From the human T2T-CHM13v2.0 reference genome, Homo sapiens, in assembly GCF_009914755.1 (NCBI RefSeq), contig NC_060944.1: a stretch of DNA of 64,000 nucleotides; one strand, given 5' to 3'. Position numbers and translations under genes: made by a program. Positions 27,329-41,719 of the stretch are shown piece by piece. Each line of letters opens with the position of its first letter. The first letter of the stretch is position 1. Below the pieces are notes generated by a model. The model was not told the origin of the DNA and searched no databases. It was given only the letters and a program-made list of their open reading frames with translations.

Positions 27329-28267
27329 GGAACCCTGATATTAAGCGGAGTTTATGTCCTCTAAGACTATATTTCCCAGGCCCTTTGCAGCTATATGTGG
27401 TCATGTGCTTATGCCCTGACCAATGGGATATGAGCGGGCATGCCCTGTACAGCCCCTTAGGAAACGCTGGCACTGTTCTCCTCCCATTTTCCCTTATGCC
27501 TGCAGGAGTGCAGGCTTAAGAGTGGAGCCATGGCAGATCCAGGAGGCAGAGGGATCTTATAGAAAGACAGCTTGGCGTGGCTGTATTAACCCAGGGCTGC
27601 CCACCGCCGAGATTCTTTCCTGGGGAAGGGAGGAAAGCATTGCCCATCTTGTTTAGGTCACTGGGCCTTTCTGACGCACACATTGACTGATGATGTCGGG
27701 TTTTCCGCCATGCAAGGCAGCACAGAGTCATATCAGTGGAGACCAAGTTGCCCTGCGCTGTGCCTTGGCGCTGTGTAAGCCCACTGGGCCTGAGAGGCGA
27801 CCCCACTACCAAAGAGCAAGGGGACCCTCAGTTGACTTGTGGTGATCTTTATCACCTGGCAGAATAGGACTTCAAATTACAAATTAATTTAAATTACAGA
27901 AAAACAAAGTAGCATTTCCTGAAAAACGAATCTGTGGACACAGACTCACACCCTGACATGGCGTTGCTGCCCATTTTGCAGCTGAGAAAAACCGAGAATC
28001 AAGGAGGTGAAACGACATGTCCAGGGTCACACAGAATTGGCAGGGGTGGACCCACATCACTCTGCCCCACGCTGCCCTCTTAGAGCATCTGTCCAGGGCC
28101 TCCTGTGTCAGGCAGAGCCTGGGGCCATGGGGGTGAGCCACGCATGGCCCCTACCCCTATAGGACAAACAGCCTGGTGGGAGGAATTGAAGCCCACAGAA
28201 GTGACAGCAAAGCAGGATGAGATAAGGGGTCAAGATGGAGACAAAGCAAAGCTCTTACCACTCTTAG

Positions 28268-28676
<409 letters not shown>

Positions 28677-29199
28677 AAAAAGCTACAGTATATGCTGAAG
28701 GCCAAAGAACCCAACAAGCCCCTCCCAGGCCTCATAGAGTGCTGGCCCACTGGATGGTGCTTAGCATCCTTCAATACCCTGGTCTTTGAAGGTCAATACC
28801 CTGGTCTTTGAAGGGTAGTGGCTGTTTCTGGCCTCATCCTCGACCCTGGCAGTTGGCTAGGATGCCCTCTTGTGCCTCTATGTTGTAATGGCACCTCTTG
28901 CTTTTTGACTTCCGGTAGCCTGTCTGGTGTTTCGTCATGTCTCTGTAACTCATTAGAAAAAGCAGTGCTACTGCCTCTCTCTACCCCCTGCCCTAAAGTC
29001 ACGGGTGCAGGCGCTTGAATGTTCATTCTGTGAATCATCAGTGATGACAAGAGTCTGTAGAGTGCTGCTCTAGAAAGATCCAAACTTGAAGGTTCTTAAA
29101 CTTGACTGTGATAACAATCTCCAGAGAGGCTTGTAAAGCGTCTGCTGTGGGCCAGGAATGTGCACTTTAACAAGTCCAAAATAAATGTAACAGAATTTT

Positions 29200-29890
29200 G
29201 GAAGTGTCTTCCCTGTTCACAGTTTCCTTTCCCTGAGAACTGGCCCCAGTAATCCTGTTTGTAGGGCATGACTCTGACCCTAACCAATGGCTGTCTCTTC
29301 CAGGATGGGCCAATTAGACCATCTCTCTCTGGGCTGATGGACAATGGTCTGCGCTGGCCTTGACCTAAGGCGATCTGCAGGTGGGAGGGTAGCCTGTTCC
29401 AATGCACATGTGTGAGAAGCCTTGGTGGGCACTAGCTAACAGAGGCTCTGCTCCTCTGCACTCTCTGGCATTGAGGTTCGTGTGCTGCCATATCCACCCA
29501 GATGCACTTAACCTGGGCTTGGCCAATCAGAGCATCAGGTCCCCTTGACTACAGTGGTTGTAGGTTCAGACACAGGCTCACATCCCCACAAGAGCTAGTC
29601 TTGGGGTTTTTGCTGAGGTCAATGGATGTGTGTGGAGATGTGTGTGTTTTCCTTTCCTCTCTTTGGATCTAGGAGGATATAGATCAGAGCTGGTGGGTGC
29701 CACATGAGGGAAGAGCCTCTGGAGAATGGAGGCCATACAGCAGAAACAGAGCCAAGAGACACAGACAAAGACCAAAAAGAGTCATCTGTGCATGTGGATC
29801 CACCCTGGGGATCCATAAATTCTCTTTTTTTCTCAGGTCACATTGAGTTAGGTTTTCTGTCACTTGCAACCAGATGATTCCCGACTAATA
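29200..29890. mobile_element. MLT1-like LTR remnants
   Basis: gggccaattagacc; ggccaatcagagcatc; ttaggttttctgtcacttgcaacc. Confidence 0.55.
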
Positions 29891-32079
29891 CAGAAGTAGA
29901 GAGAGAAAAATAAATCAGATGCAGAGAGAGAAGCAGCAACCAGAACCTCACGGGCTCCTTGAGACAGAAAAAATTTCTGACTGCCTCCCAGTCCTTCCCA
30001 AAGCTTGGCTTGTCCCATAGCTCCAAATCCAGTGACTTTTTCACTTGAGCTGGTTTTCTTCTGTCAAATTACAATAAAAATGGATGTAGCTCACTAGACA
30101 GCGAACAGATCACGGTGGAGCAGCGCTGCTTTGGCGCGGATGAGGAACCTGGAGCACCACCTATCCAACCTGATCACCCTGGTGCTCCAGGGGACACTGA
30201 GGTTCCAGGGAGCACACTTTGAAACCCCCTGGGTCCTTCTACACATCTTGGCCTCTGTCGCTGTCCTCTCCCAGCTGAGATGCACATTTTAAAAGCATTC
30301 AAGCTCTAGTTGCAACCTCCCCAAGTTTTCTTGGGCCATCACAGTGGATGGCAGGCACCCCATGTAACTTCCATTAACAACTGTCTCCCATAATCAAGAC
30401 CATCCTCCCTCAGTCAAAACACCAGTAGGCCACAAAAGCATGGCCCTGTGTTGCTCCAGCAGCTGGAGAGGCTTAGAATGAAATCTGAGTCACTCCATGT
30501 TTCCCCAAGCACCCGAGGGATGAGTCCAGATTTGGATGTCCATTTTATGGAGAATGAGAGTGGAATCAAACACACCAGATTTGACAGTTTGCAAAGTGAT
30601 AAAGGCTTATGACAACTCTGAATGCGTGCATTAACCCAGGGTTGAGTGATCCATTCATTCATTCATCGACCCATTCATTCAACAATTACTGAGCCCCTAT
30701 TCTGGGTAAGGTCCAGTGCTAGGACTCAATGGTTATGAGCTTTGGGGCAGTTGTGTGACCTTGGGCAAGGTACTTTACCTCTACAAGCCTCAGTTTTTCC
30801 AGCTGTAAATGGGGATAATAATGCTTATCTTGCAGGGCTGTTGTGATTAAAGGAGATGGTACGTGAAAAACTGTTAGCTCAGACCACCTGCAGCAGGCAT
30901 CTGATAAACTGAAGCTACCATTATTATATTGAGAATGATGTGTTTTCTGCCCTCAAGGGACTTAAAAATCTAAAGACGTGTAACAATGCAGGTTCCCAGG
31001 TTGATATCCTGGCCCCATCACTCATTGAATGAGATCCCTCGTCTCTGTGGGCCTCAGTTTCCCCATCTGAAAAATTGTGGCAGCAATTCCTACCTCCACG
31101 TGATTTGTTATGAGGGATGTGCAAACCAGCAAGCACTGGCACACAGTAGGTGCTCCTCTGTAAACCTAGGTTCCCTCCCTGTTCCCTCACCATCATGACA
31201 CACAGTGGGACTGTCAACCAACATCTGGACCCTTGTCCTCTTTCCCAGGTGAGCAAACAAAAGCCAGAGATGTTGGTGAGGCTGGAAGGAGGCCAGCAGG
31301 GTCCAGGGACATGGTCTTTTGCCCTCTGGATGGTGAAGTGCTCAGGGCAGAGATACTAGCCAGCAGCTTTGGTCCTAGGTGAAGGGCAGGCTTATTCCTT
31401 CTTTTGGGAATAGGGAATAACCTGTGCCCTTCAAATAAGGGTCCCTAAGCTCAGGTTCACCCACATCCTGAGAACTGCCCCAAGCACCTTGTTTCAACAG
31501 GAGTCAACGGCTCAACATGTGCAAGTGATCGCTGTATTTTTTTTTTCCATTTCAGGGTTTTGAGTGAACTTAGGGTCATCTCTGCCATATCATGCCTTCC
31601 ATCTGCCTTCACTCTGCAGAACTTCCCTGAGGGGTCAAAAATGCAGGGTGACATCTGGGACGCTGAAAATGTCATGTTCTCCTAGGCAAGCTCGTCTCCT
31701 CAGTAGCCCAGTGAATCTGTCATTGAAATTTCCTTAATACCCAAGCCAGAAAGCCTAGCCCCATACATTTTTTTTAAAAAAAACAAGACTAATTTGGATA
31801 GATTTCTAGCATTTAAAAAATCAAGAGATTTCACATTAAAAAGCTGGAATTTGAACTTCTCTGGAAAAAGTCAGAACATCTACCAACACTGGGTCTGCTG
31901 TCACAGGGCAGTGAGTGGTTAGAGTTACATAAATAAGGCATATGTTCCCCAGGTTACTGCAGACCCTACCCCTCCCTATTGTATTTCAGATACTGAGGGA
32001 AAAGGTCAGCTGCCCTATGTTATCATCCTTGAGCTACATCTTAACACCCACTTCACTCACTCACAATAGAAAACAATGT

Positions 32080-32272
32080 AGAGCAGGGGTTCTCAAACTT
32101 GGGCATGCATCAGATTCACCTAGAGAGCCTGTTAAAAACACAGGCTGCTGGGCCTTACCCTAGAGTTGCTGATTCATTAGGTCTGGGCAGGGCCTGAGAA
32201 TCCGCATTGCTAACAGGTTCCCAGGTGATGCTGACCTTTGCTGGTCCTGGGCCCACACTTTGAGAACTACTA
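32080..32272. mobile_element. MER5A-like DNA transposon
   Basis: caggggttctcaaactt...taacaggttcccaggtgatgctga...cacactttgagaactactag. Confidence 0.8.
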
Positions 32273-34319
32273 GTGTGGAACAGGGTTAAGAGCCAGACTG
32301 GTTGGATTGAAATTTCAGCTCTGCCCCTTACCTTTGCCATGTGACCTTGACCCAGTGCCTTAACCTCACTGTGCTTCAGTTTTCTCATCTGTAAAACAAG
32401 AATCCTCCTGGCTGACCTCACAGGTGTGCTGTGGGGGCCTGGCAGGGCTGACAGTCAAGCGGGTCTCCATGACATCACTGTTACTACCATTATTATCACC
32501 ACCTGCCCTGCCTGTGTTGGCATTTGTGATCCTGGAACTGCTTTGACAATCAGTGCAGAGTTTTTGGTTTTGATGCCAACATTTTTGGGGGTAGAGTTTC
32601 TTCATAATTGGGGTGTGCCCTGGGAAGTGTGTCTTGCATGAGAACATCATGTCATGGTGAACTAAGGATTTAATACAGCTGTCCTGGAGGACTCCCCAGG
32701 GCTAAGAAGGATGGGGAAAGAGAGAAAGACACCACTGCCCCTGCTGAGGTCCCTGCTCTGTCCTTGGGGAGGACCCAGAACCATGCAGGAGGGCCCTACA
32801 CAGACAGTGCTGGGCAGCGCATCCTCCGATGCCCGCCTGGCAGTGCAGGACGCATGTCACCGATGACCAAGGGAAATAAAAAACATCTGGGCACCCGCCT
32901 GCCCACTCAGGCCTCCACATATGGGAGGCAGTCGCCACTGCTGGAGGCTTGCTCAGAAGATCCCCCAGCACATTTCTGCCTAGGGGTAGATTGCACCATC
33001 TCTAGCAAGGGGGTGGGCCCTGGAGATGACTCCCAGCTTAGAGACTCCCTGGGATCAGGGCTAGAGGTCGCTAGCCCACTGGACCCTTCTCAGCACTCAG
33101 GAGGTGGGGGGACCAGCAGGGCAGAACATTCAGCAGAATGTTGAGGTTGCCTTGGCTTTGGGGCCTGACAAACCACCACTTCCTAGCTGGGTGATATTGG
33201 GCAAGTGGCTTTACTGTTCTGAGCCTTGGTCTTCTCTTCTGTAAAATGGGGACGATAGTAGCAACCACCTCCCAGGCAGTTGTGGGGATGCCATGAACTC
33301 ATCTGCGCAAAGTGCTTAGCACAGCTCACGGCAGATGAATGAGCACTCCATTACTACTTGATTCATGAGAGATGCTCCTTTGAGGGCTGGGCCCAGCTTG
33401 GCTTGCTCACCTTTAAATCCCCACGGCCCTGCACATTGTAGGTGCCCACTGACTACCCATTTGTGATTATACCCATTATGCCCATTCATTATTTCTTAAA
33501 TGAATGCATGAACGGTGGCTCAATAAAGGTTCTCAAAAACTGCTCTCAGGGGGCTCACAGCCTATTTGGGAGGACCAGGCCCATACGAATGTGGAGAAAG
33601 CTGATGACCTCTGCCCAGCAGGGCTCAGAGACAAGTGAAGGACCCAGGCAAGGTGGGAGTGAAAGTCCAGAGACTGGAGACATCAGGGGTGGTTTTCTAG
33701 GGAGGCAGATGTGGGGACAGAAGCTGAGGCCAGGAGCAGGACTAGTTTGTGTAGATGGAAGAAAGGTTTCTAAGAGAGGTGAGTACAAGATGATATTGTA
33801 CTCATTTGGTAGAAAGGGAGGGGCTTGAGCAAGGAGCAGATGGCAAATCCCCGCTAAGGTGCCAATACAGGACACCTAAGGGGCTAATGGATAAGACCCT
33901 CAAAATACAGTAAGAATAGGCACACATCCAAAATGGAAACTTTTCATCCTTTGCCCTCCAAACCTGCTTCTCCTGTCCATTTCAGTCAATGGCTACTCCA
34001 CTCAGGGCCAAAGACTTCAGCGGCATCCTTGTCTCTTCTCTCTCCCTCATATCCTACTATTGGCCCATCAGGAATCCGGTCAGTTCCACTTCTGAAATAT
34101 GTCTGGGAATAATTTCTCCACCTTTCCTGTCCCTACCCCGTTCCCTGCTCCTGCCCTGTTTCCCCACCACTCACCTTCCCTGGCCATGCTGGCCTCATCC
34201 TCCATGTTCCCCATCTGCCAAGACCACTCCCACCACAGGACCTTTGCACTTGCTCTTCCTTTTGTCTGGAATGCCCTTCCCACATTCACCCGCAAGGCTC
34301 CCTCCCTCAAATGTCTCCT

Positions 34320-34771
34320 TGTGGGGACAAGAGTGATTCCTTCTTAGATACTAATTTGCCACGTCAACTCCTGACTAACCCTGAGTCCAGTAATGCCTCC
34401 AAGATGTCTAGCTGAAGCATTACTCTCTACGTAGAAACACTTATTTGCTGCGGGTTTCACTTTTCCTCCAAAACAAACCTTGATGCTGCTGCAGGAAGCA
34501 TAGGCTATGACACCCATAGCACAATGTCAGTCACCTGTGCACTCCTCCCAGAGCACGCAGACCTTTCTCCCCAAGATATGTAAGCCCTGGGTCTGGAGAG
34601 TTACAGCTTGGAGATCTACCTATCTTGAGGCTGCCCAAATCTTGCTCTGTTCAAAAGTTCCCCAACTAATAACCCTTTACCAACAAATTGGAATTGGCTG
34701 CCTCATTCTTTGGTTTCCCAGCTCCTTCTGCATTTGGGGTCGCTTTATGTATACGGCCCTTTCACAGAACA
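34320..34771 (+). mobile_element. Solo ERVL-class LTR (MER54/MER73-like) inserted into an L2
   Basis: TG...CA ends, 5-bp TSD-like ctcct/cccct, ~450 bp, L2 sequence on both sides; family recalled, not aligned. Confidence 0.6.
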
Positions 34772-36209
34772 CCCCTTCCCTGTGATGCCCCCAGACCTCT
34801 TGCCTGCAGCAGCACCACACCTACACCCTATTCCTCTCCCACGTCGCTATGTTCTTCATGCCATTTATTCCCACCTGATAGGTTCTAAATTTGGCAAGTG
34901 CTGTTGTCTCTTTCCCACCAGTGAAAGATGAGTTCCAGGAAGGCAGGGATGAGCCACGGCACACTGGACCTTCTCACTTATGCAGCACCTGCCTTCTCAC
35001 TTAACCAATTCTTTGTTTTATAGCTGCTTACCATTCCGCATAGAGGGGCTGCAAAACTCATTTAGGTGCTATTATCACACCCATTTCAGAAAGGAGGAAA
35101 CTGAGGTTCAGAGCAATGATGCTGCTTGCCCGAGGTCACTTAATAAGTGGAGCAGATATTCAAACCCAGGCAGTGTGACTCTGAACCTGAGGGTTATCCT
35201 CAGGTTGCCACACTGCAGCCTGGCTACTCAACATATCCCTGTGCGCCTCCTCAGTCCTCCATGCAGAGTCCCTTACCTACTGACGCCTTGCTAAGTTCCC
35301 AGTGCTGTGCTGAGGCCTTCTTCGGTGTCCGCTTGACCTCACCTGAGACAGGAAATTGGCCAAATGGTGGCAGTGCAGGCTGCCCCAGGACTGAACATGC
35401 CCCCTCTGCATTCCTCATCCATCCTCCCCTCACCCCCAGTAGAGAGTGAGCAGATCAATAGGTGTGTGTTCAATCAAGGGGTGAAATGCCCACTCCGTCT
35501 CTCAAATTCTCCAGGAGTGAGTCTCCTGCCTCGCAGCTGGGACTTGGGGAGGATGAAGAAAAATTACCTGCTAAGTTGCAGCCTCTGCTGGACATTCTGG
35601 CCAGAATCCTTTTTAGACGTTGACCTATATGGGCTGGTTGCAGGGGTGGAGAGGGTGGTGGTAAAACCGGGGTTCAAACTCACATTTGTTGATTTCATGG
35701 CCAGTGGTGATCTCAGATTTCAATCCCCATCAGAATCACCTGAGGCTGCTTATTAAAAACAAGAGGTGCTGTCGCCTCTCGACACATGCGGTTGTTTTAA
35801 CGTTTATGGTGTGCCCAGGGTTGTACGTGCATGAACTCAGAGATCTTCAAAAACTGTCCTGTGAGATCAGCCAGGGCTTCCCAAACTGTAATATGCACAC
35901 AAAGGGATTTAACTCAGGGATCTTGGGTTAAAATGTAGATTTTGATGCTAAAGTTCTGGAATGGGGCCAGAGGTGCTGGCCCGAGAACTCACTTTAAGAA
36001 GCGAGGCGGGAGATGCTGTTATCATTCCTCATTTTACGGTTCAGGAAGTGAAGGCTCAAAGACCAACAATTATAGGTGGTGGCATTAGATTTAAACCCAC
36101 AGCTGATGAAACCCCAGACTCATTCTACTGTGTCACACTGCCTTACCCTGTTGGTCTGATGATGAACGTGGAGCGGGAAAATGGGAGTGATACTCAAAAG
36201 GGGCAACCT

Positions 36210-36531
36210 GGCCAGGCACAGTGGCTCACGCCTGTAATCCCAGCACTTAGGGAGGCTGAGGCAGGTAGATCATAGGAGGCCCGGAGTTCGAGACCAGCCT
36301 GGCCAACATGGCAAAACCCCGTCTCTACTAAAAATACAAAAATCAGCTGGGCGTGGTGGTGCACACCTGTAATCCCAGCTACTCAGGTGGCTGAGGCATG
36401 AGAAACGCTTGAATCCAGGATGCGGAGGTTGCATGAGCCAAGATTGCACCACTGCACTCCAGCCTGGGCGACAGAGTGAGACGCTGTCTCAAAAAAGATA
36501 AGATATAAAATAAAATAAAATAAAAATAAAA
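36210..36531 (+). mobile_element. AluS-like
   Basis: Dimer; gggcaacctg TSD. Confidence 0.93.
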
Positions 36532-37199
36532 TATCAAATGGGCAACCTGACTCCTTTCGCCACTCATAGGAGGGGCATTTCCCCAAGCAGCCTGAGTTGG
36601 GGACAGTCCCTGCCAGGCCCAGCATGGCAGAAAAAGGAAGGGCTGGGTTCATGTGTGCCCGACATGTGTGTGTTTGGGGGACAGGGGCAGGTATGTGCCG
36701 ACACACGAGACCCCTGTCTAAAGGATCTGCCTGTCCCCACATTAAAGCATAGAGAAGGCCTGAGCCCCTGCCCTATGCTGGTCCTGCAGGGCTCGGCTGG
36801 GGCCCAAATCAGGGGTTGACACAGTGAGAACAGGCTGCTGGTGCCTGGCATCCCCCACTTCCCACCCCACATCAACCAAATCTCTGCTTCCCCATTCTCC
36901 TGGACCTGCCCTGGACCACATCTATTCTGCCCTCCATTAGCTACTCATTAAGAGAAGTTACATTTGTGTTTCTGGTGGGAGCCCTGGGGGTGCTGAGCAG
37001 CCCAGAGCAACCACTGGTGACCTTCAGAAAAATCATATTAAAGAAAAAAGGGTTGTTTTTGGATTCCTCATCATTCGGCAAGCTGTGCTGGGGGTAGAGC
37101 AGCCAGATGAGTTCGGGACCGGGGCAGAGAGTCTACCCTCCAGCTGGCTTCTCCAGACCCACCTGCCCAGAGCTAGTGCCCTGTTAGCCAGGAACACAG

Positions 37200-37390
37200 A
37201 ACTGTCACAAAGCTGTCCTGAGCATGAAACTGTTACCAACCAATCTGTCCGTGGAGTTGTTACAAAACTGTCTTGTGTGTGAAGGTGTCACAATGTTGTC
37301 AAGTATGTGACCTTGTATAAGAAATTGTCATGCAATTGTCCTATAGGTAAAACTGCCATGAAGTTGTCAAGCATATGCAGTTGCCACTCA
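37200..37390. repeat. Cryptic degenerate 28-bp tandem array of TGTC boxes
   Basis: 14 TGTC-like boxes with mostly alternating 11/17-bp spacing. Confidence 0.75.
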
Positions 37391-39022
37391 TTTGAAAAAC
37401 TACTGGAGAAGAGTTTCTTTTCTTTTCATGTATGAGGGACAGGTTTGCTGTGTGGGTGACTTTGAAAAAGTTGCTGACAGGCACTGTGCTTGGCTGCTGC
37501 TCCTGTAATAACAGCGCCCGGCACCCAGTAGGTGCTCAGTGAGTACTTGCCGAATGTCTCCTCAGGGCTGCAAAGTAGACTCAGACAGGTTCTGGTTCTT
37601 TCAGGTGCTGGCTTTGTCCCGTAGTGGGCTGGTCTGATGTGACCTCGGGTAGGTCTGTTGCCTCTCGCATCCTCTCTGAGCCTACTTTGGTTGTTGTAAA
37701 GTGCCCTGAGGCCTGTGTATGACGTGCCCAGCAATACTGGGGACAATAAATGCTGGCTGCTAATTCCCTCTCCCTCTTGTCGGGGGTTTATGATTCCTCA
37801 GGGCTCTTGATGGTAGCAGAGGCCTCTCGTGGCTCTTTGGGAGGCTGTGGAAGCTTCAGCTTTGGCTGAGTAGGACGTCTGCAGTGGCAGGACACCTCCA
37901 GCCAATCAGGATGCTCAGTGTCACAGGGATTGGGGGCAACGCCCACCGCTACAAACCCAGGAGGCCTCCTCTGGGGAGGATGTGAGCTCCAGGATTCCAG
38001 GAAGGGTGGGAGGAAACCTTCTAAGGGGAGCTGAAAGCTCGTTGATTCCTAAGATGAGCCCGAGTGAGAAAGGTACCAGGTTTTGAAGTTTGTTCTGCAA
38101 ACGACCTTCTTCACTTTTTTGTGAAGTCCTGCAATCAACAGAGCTCAGGGCTAGGAATTAGGACCTTTGCTCCTGTCCCACCTTGGACTCAGACTCATTG
38201 TATGACCTTTGGCAGAGCACCTGGAGCTTCCAAGGGGTGGCAGAGAGTTGGGAATGCAGTTTCCTATCGGAAAAGCAGAGCCTTGGTCTTGATAAAGAAC
38301 TTTTGAACTTTTTCTTAGCCAAGGGAGCCTTCCTTTTTGCAAGATGAAATGTGACATGAGAGATCGATTCCTAAAATGAATGAGTTGAGCTGCTTTGGCT
38401 GAGGCCAGGATGGGGGTGAGGGTGAGCATCTTGAGCTGTCTTTTTGGTTTCCTTTGCCTACTTCTAGAGGCAGCCTCTGAGAGCTTGGATACCCCCTAAG
38501 GAACCTTTGAACCCCAGAGTTCCACAGTGCTAATGGCTGCAAGGCAGGTGATATAATTTTGTGGGACTCTGGAGCCTGGGTTCATTCCCACACTAGCTTC
38601 TCTGAGCATTGGTTTTCCCGTCTGTAAATGGGGATAACGACTATGCTCACATGTTGTGACAGTGTGGTAAGCTGGTTTTGTGTGTGGCATGCCAAAACAG
38701 GGTTTGGCTGACATGGGGTGCACAGCAATGTGGGAGCTGCTAGCAGTTGTGGATCTCTTCTTTCACAGGCCAGACTGCCTCAACAATCCTGCAAGATGGG
38801 TAGTATTATCTGGTCTTGCGGACAAGGAAGCTAAGGCACAGAGAAGGTAAGTAAGTTGCCCAGATCCCATAGCTGGTGAGTGGCAAACTCAAAGCCAGGC
38901 AGTCTTAGTAACAGATAGTTATTATTATTTTAAGTACTGGGGAGAGTCTAGGCCCCAGAATAGGTCCAAAATAAATACCCTCCTCACCTTACATAATTAA
39001 GCTCTAAGAAAGCTTAGAAATA

Positions 39023-39379
<357 letters not shown>

Positions 39380-39805
39380 TCAGGAAAGGGGGCCAGGTCT
39401 AAAAGTCAGCGCTGACTGAGGCAGGTCCTTGGTCAGTGTGTCCCTGCCAGTGTTCCTGGGAAAGCCCCAGTTCTTCTCAGCCAGCACCCTGGGTACCTGG
39501 AGCTTCCAAGGGGTGGCAGAGAGTTGGGAATGCAGTTTGGGCCTCCAGCCCAATGCTCCATGCTCCTTGCCCAGTAATCACACCTGGCACAAAGTGAGCA
39601 TCTTCAAGGACCCTATTCTGGGTCTGGTCTCTCCCCATGGGCCTTCTTCAACACTCAAATCCTAGTAGTACAAGGGAGAGAGCCCCAGATGTGGACTCTT
39701 GTCCAGTTCTGTGTGTCCTCAGGCAAGTGTCTCCCTGTCTCTGGGCTTCAGTTTCTCCATCTGTCAAATGGATGGTTAAACTCAGTGTTTCTAAAGGCCC
39801 ACTGT

Positions 39806-40328
39806 TCACCCATCCATCCATCCATCCACCCACCCACCTACCCATCTGCCCACCCATCTATCCATCCCCATCCATCCATCCATCCATCCCCATCCATCCA
39901 TCCATCCATCCATCCATCCACCCACCCACCCATCTATCCATCCACTCACCCACCCATCTATCCATCCATCCATCCACCCATCCATCCATCCACCAACCCA
40001 TCTATCCATCCAATCACCCACCCATCTATCCATCCACCAACCCATCTATCCATCCACTCACCCACCCATCTATCCATCCATCCATCCACCCACCCACTCA
40101 TCTATCCATCCATCCATCCATCCATCCACCCACCCACCTACCCATCTGCCCACCCATCTATCCATCCCCATCCATCCATCCATCCATCCACCCACCCATA
40201 TATCCATCCACTCACCCACCCATCTATCCATCCATCCACCCACCCACTCATCTATCCATCCATCCATCCATCTATCCACCCACCCACCCATCATCCACCC
40301 AACCATCTATCCGTCCATCCATCCATTC
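39806..40328. repeat. (CCAT/CCAC)n tetranucleotide array, ~520 bp
   Basis: Read directly; source of the Pro/His/Ser-rich spurious ORFs. Confidence 0.95.
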
Positions 40329-41719
40329 AGCAGATATTTCTTGAATATCATCTATGTGCCAGGATCCTTTATTTATTAAAGTTAAAAGACAAATCACAGA
40401 CCTGTAGAAACATTTTAGAAAGACATACAAAATCATACTGGATTGGAAATGTAAATTTCCCCAGGACTTTTGTTCACCAGTGACTCTCCAATGCCATGCA
40501 TGGGGCCACATGTCTACTAGGTGCTCTGTAAAATGTTTATTGGATGTAAGAATGAATAGGACATATTTTGCTGTTCTAAAGAGAGCTGCCTCCGAGTCTG
40601 AGATTGGAGTCAGACATCCTCTCTAGGACTTATTGAGAGGGGGCCAACTATCTTTGTCACCCCCATCCCTGACCTGCCCCACTGCCTCCCCAGCCCATAT
40701 AAGCCAGTTTCTAAAGAGGATCTAAGGAGGATTGGCCAGCAGTGACTGGGGCAGGGTAGGGCACGGCATGCCCCCAACTCCCAAGCCCAGGTGGGCTCAT
40801 GGTTTGGAGGGGAGAAGCTATGAACCAGAGGGAAACAGGCATTCCATCCCTTGATTGAACTCACTCTTGTTGATCTGCCCTGTGTCCATTGGGAGTGAGT
40901 GGAGAATGAATGAGAAATGCAAAAGGGGTGGGGTCTGGCAGAGGCAGCCTGCATTGCCACCATTTGACCAATTTCCTGTCAATTTCCTATATTTGGTCAA
41001 GTGGACATTGAAGGAGGCTCTTGAGCTTAATCTAAGCCATGGTTTTCCAGCCCAAAGGGGCATGAGGCTGTTGAAGTGGGGATGGGGTAGTGAGGAAGCT
41101 AGGGTGATCTGAAGAGGTCAAGCTCGTGCTCCTTGCTCAGTAATCACACCTGTGTACCAATTAGGCACCTGCCACACGTGGGAGAAAGGGGAGGGCATGG
41201 ATGGAGGCAGAGGAACATTTAGTCCCAGTCCCTCCCTGCTGCTCACTGGTGATGGCCCCAGAGTTTTCTAACACCGGGAATTGTGGAGGCCACAGCAGCA
41301 TCAGGGTAGTGACAGCTGTCTCTATCCCCATTCCTTCTTCTGCTCCCCAACATACAGGGGAGAAATCAACCCAGAGGGAGGAGAGAAGAGAATGAGACAG
41401 CATGACATATCTCCCTACAGGGCAAATCAGTGGAGTCAGAAGCTGAGTCAGGCAGTGATGGGGAAGCAGTGATGGGAAAGGAGAGCTTCAAATCAGACCT
41501 GTATTTTAAAAATTCAGCACTGGACTAGGCTTTTTAATAGCTGAAAGTTACCAGAAAGCTTTGAGATCTGCCCAAAGTTATTAAGGATTGGAGTTTAAAA
41601 ATACGACTGTGCATTGGGGGTGGGGGGTGGGGGGTGCATGGAAAGCATGCCATGTTTGTAACCCTCTGTTACAACTTCAGTATCATCATTAAGCCAGTTA
41701 CACACAAAGTAAGCCAAGA

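Noticed and set aside
37200-37390. CRISPR-like reading of the periodic array
   Set aside because: Eukaryotic intron; the repeats are 4-5-bp boxes rather than 25-45-bp direct repeats with unique spacers; no cas genes
39637-40483. 235- and 264-aa Pro/His/Ser-rich ORFs
   Set aside because: Translations of the (CCAT)n array, which lacks stop codons by composition
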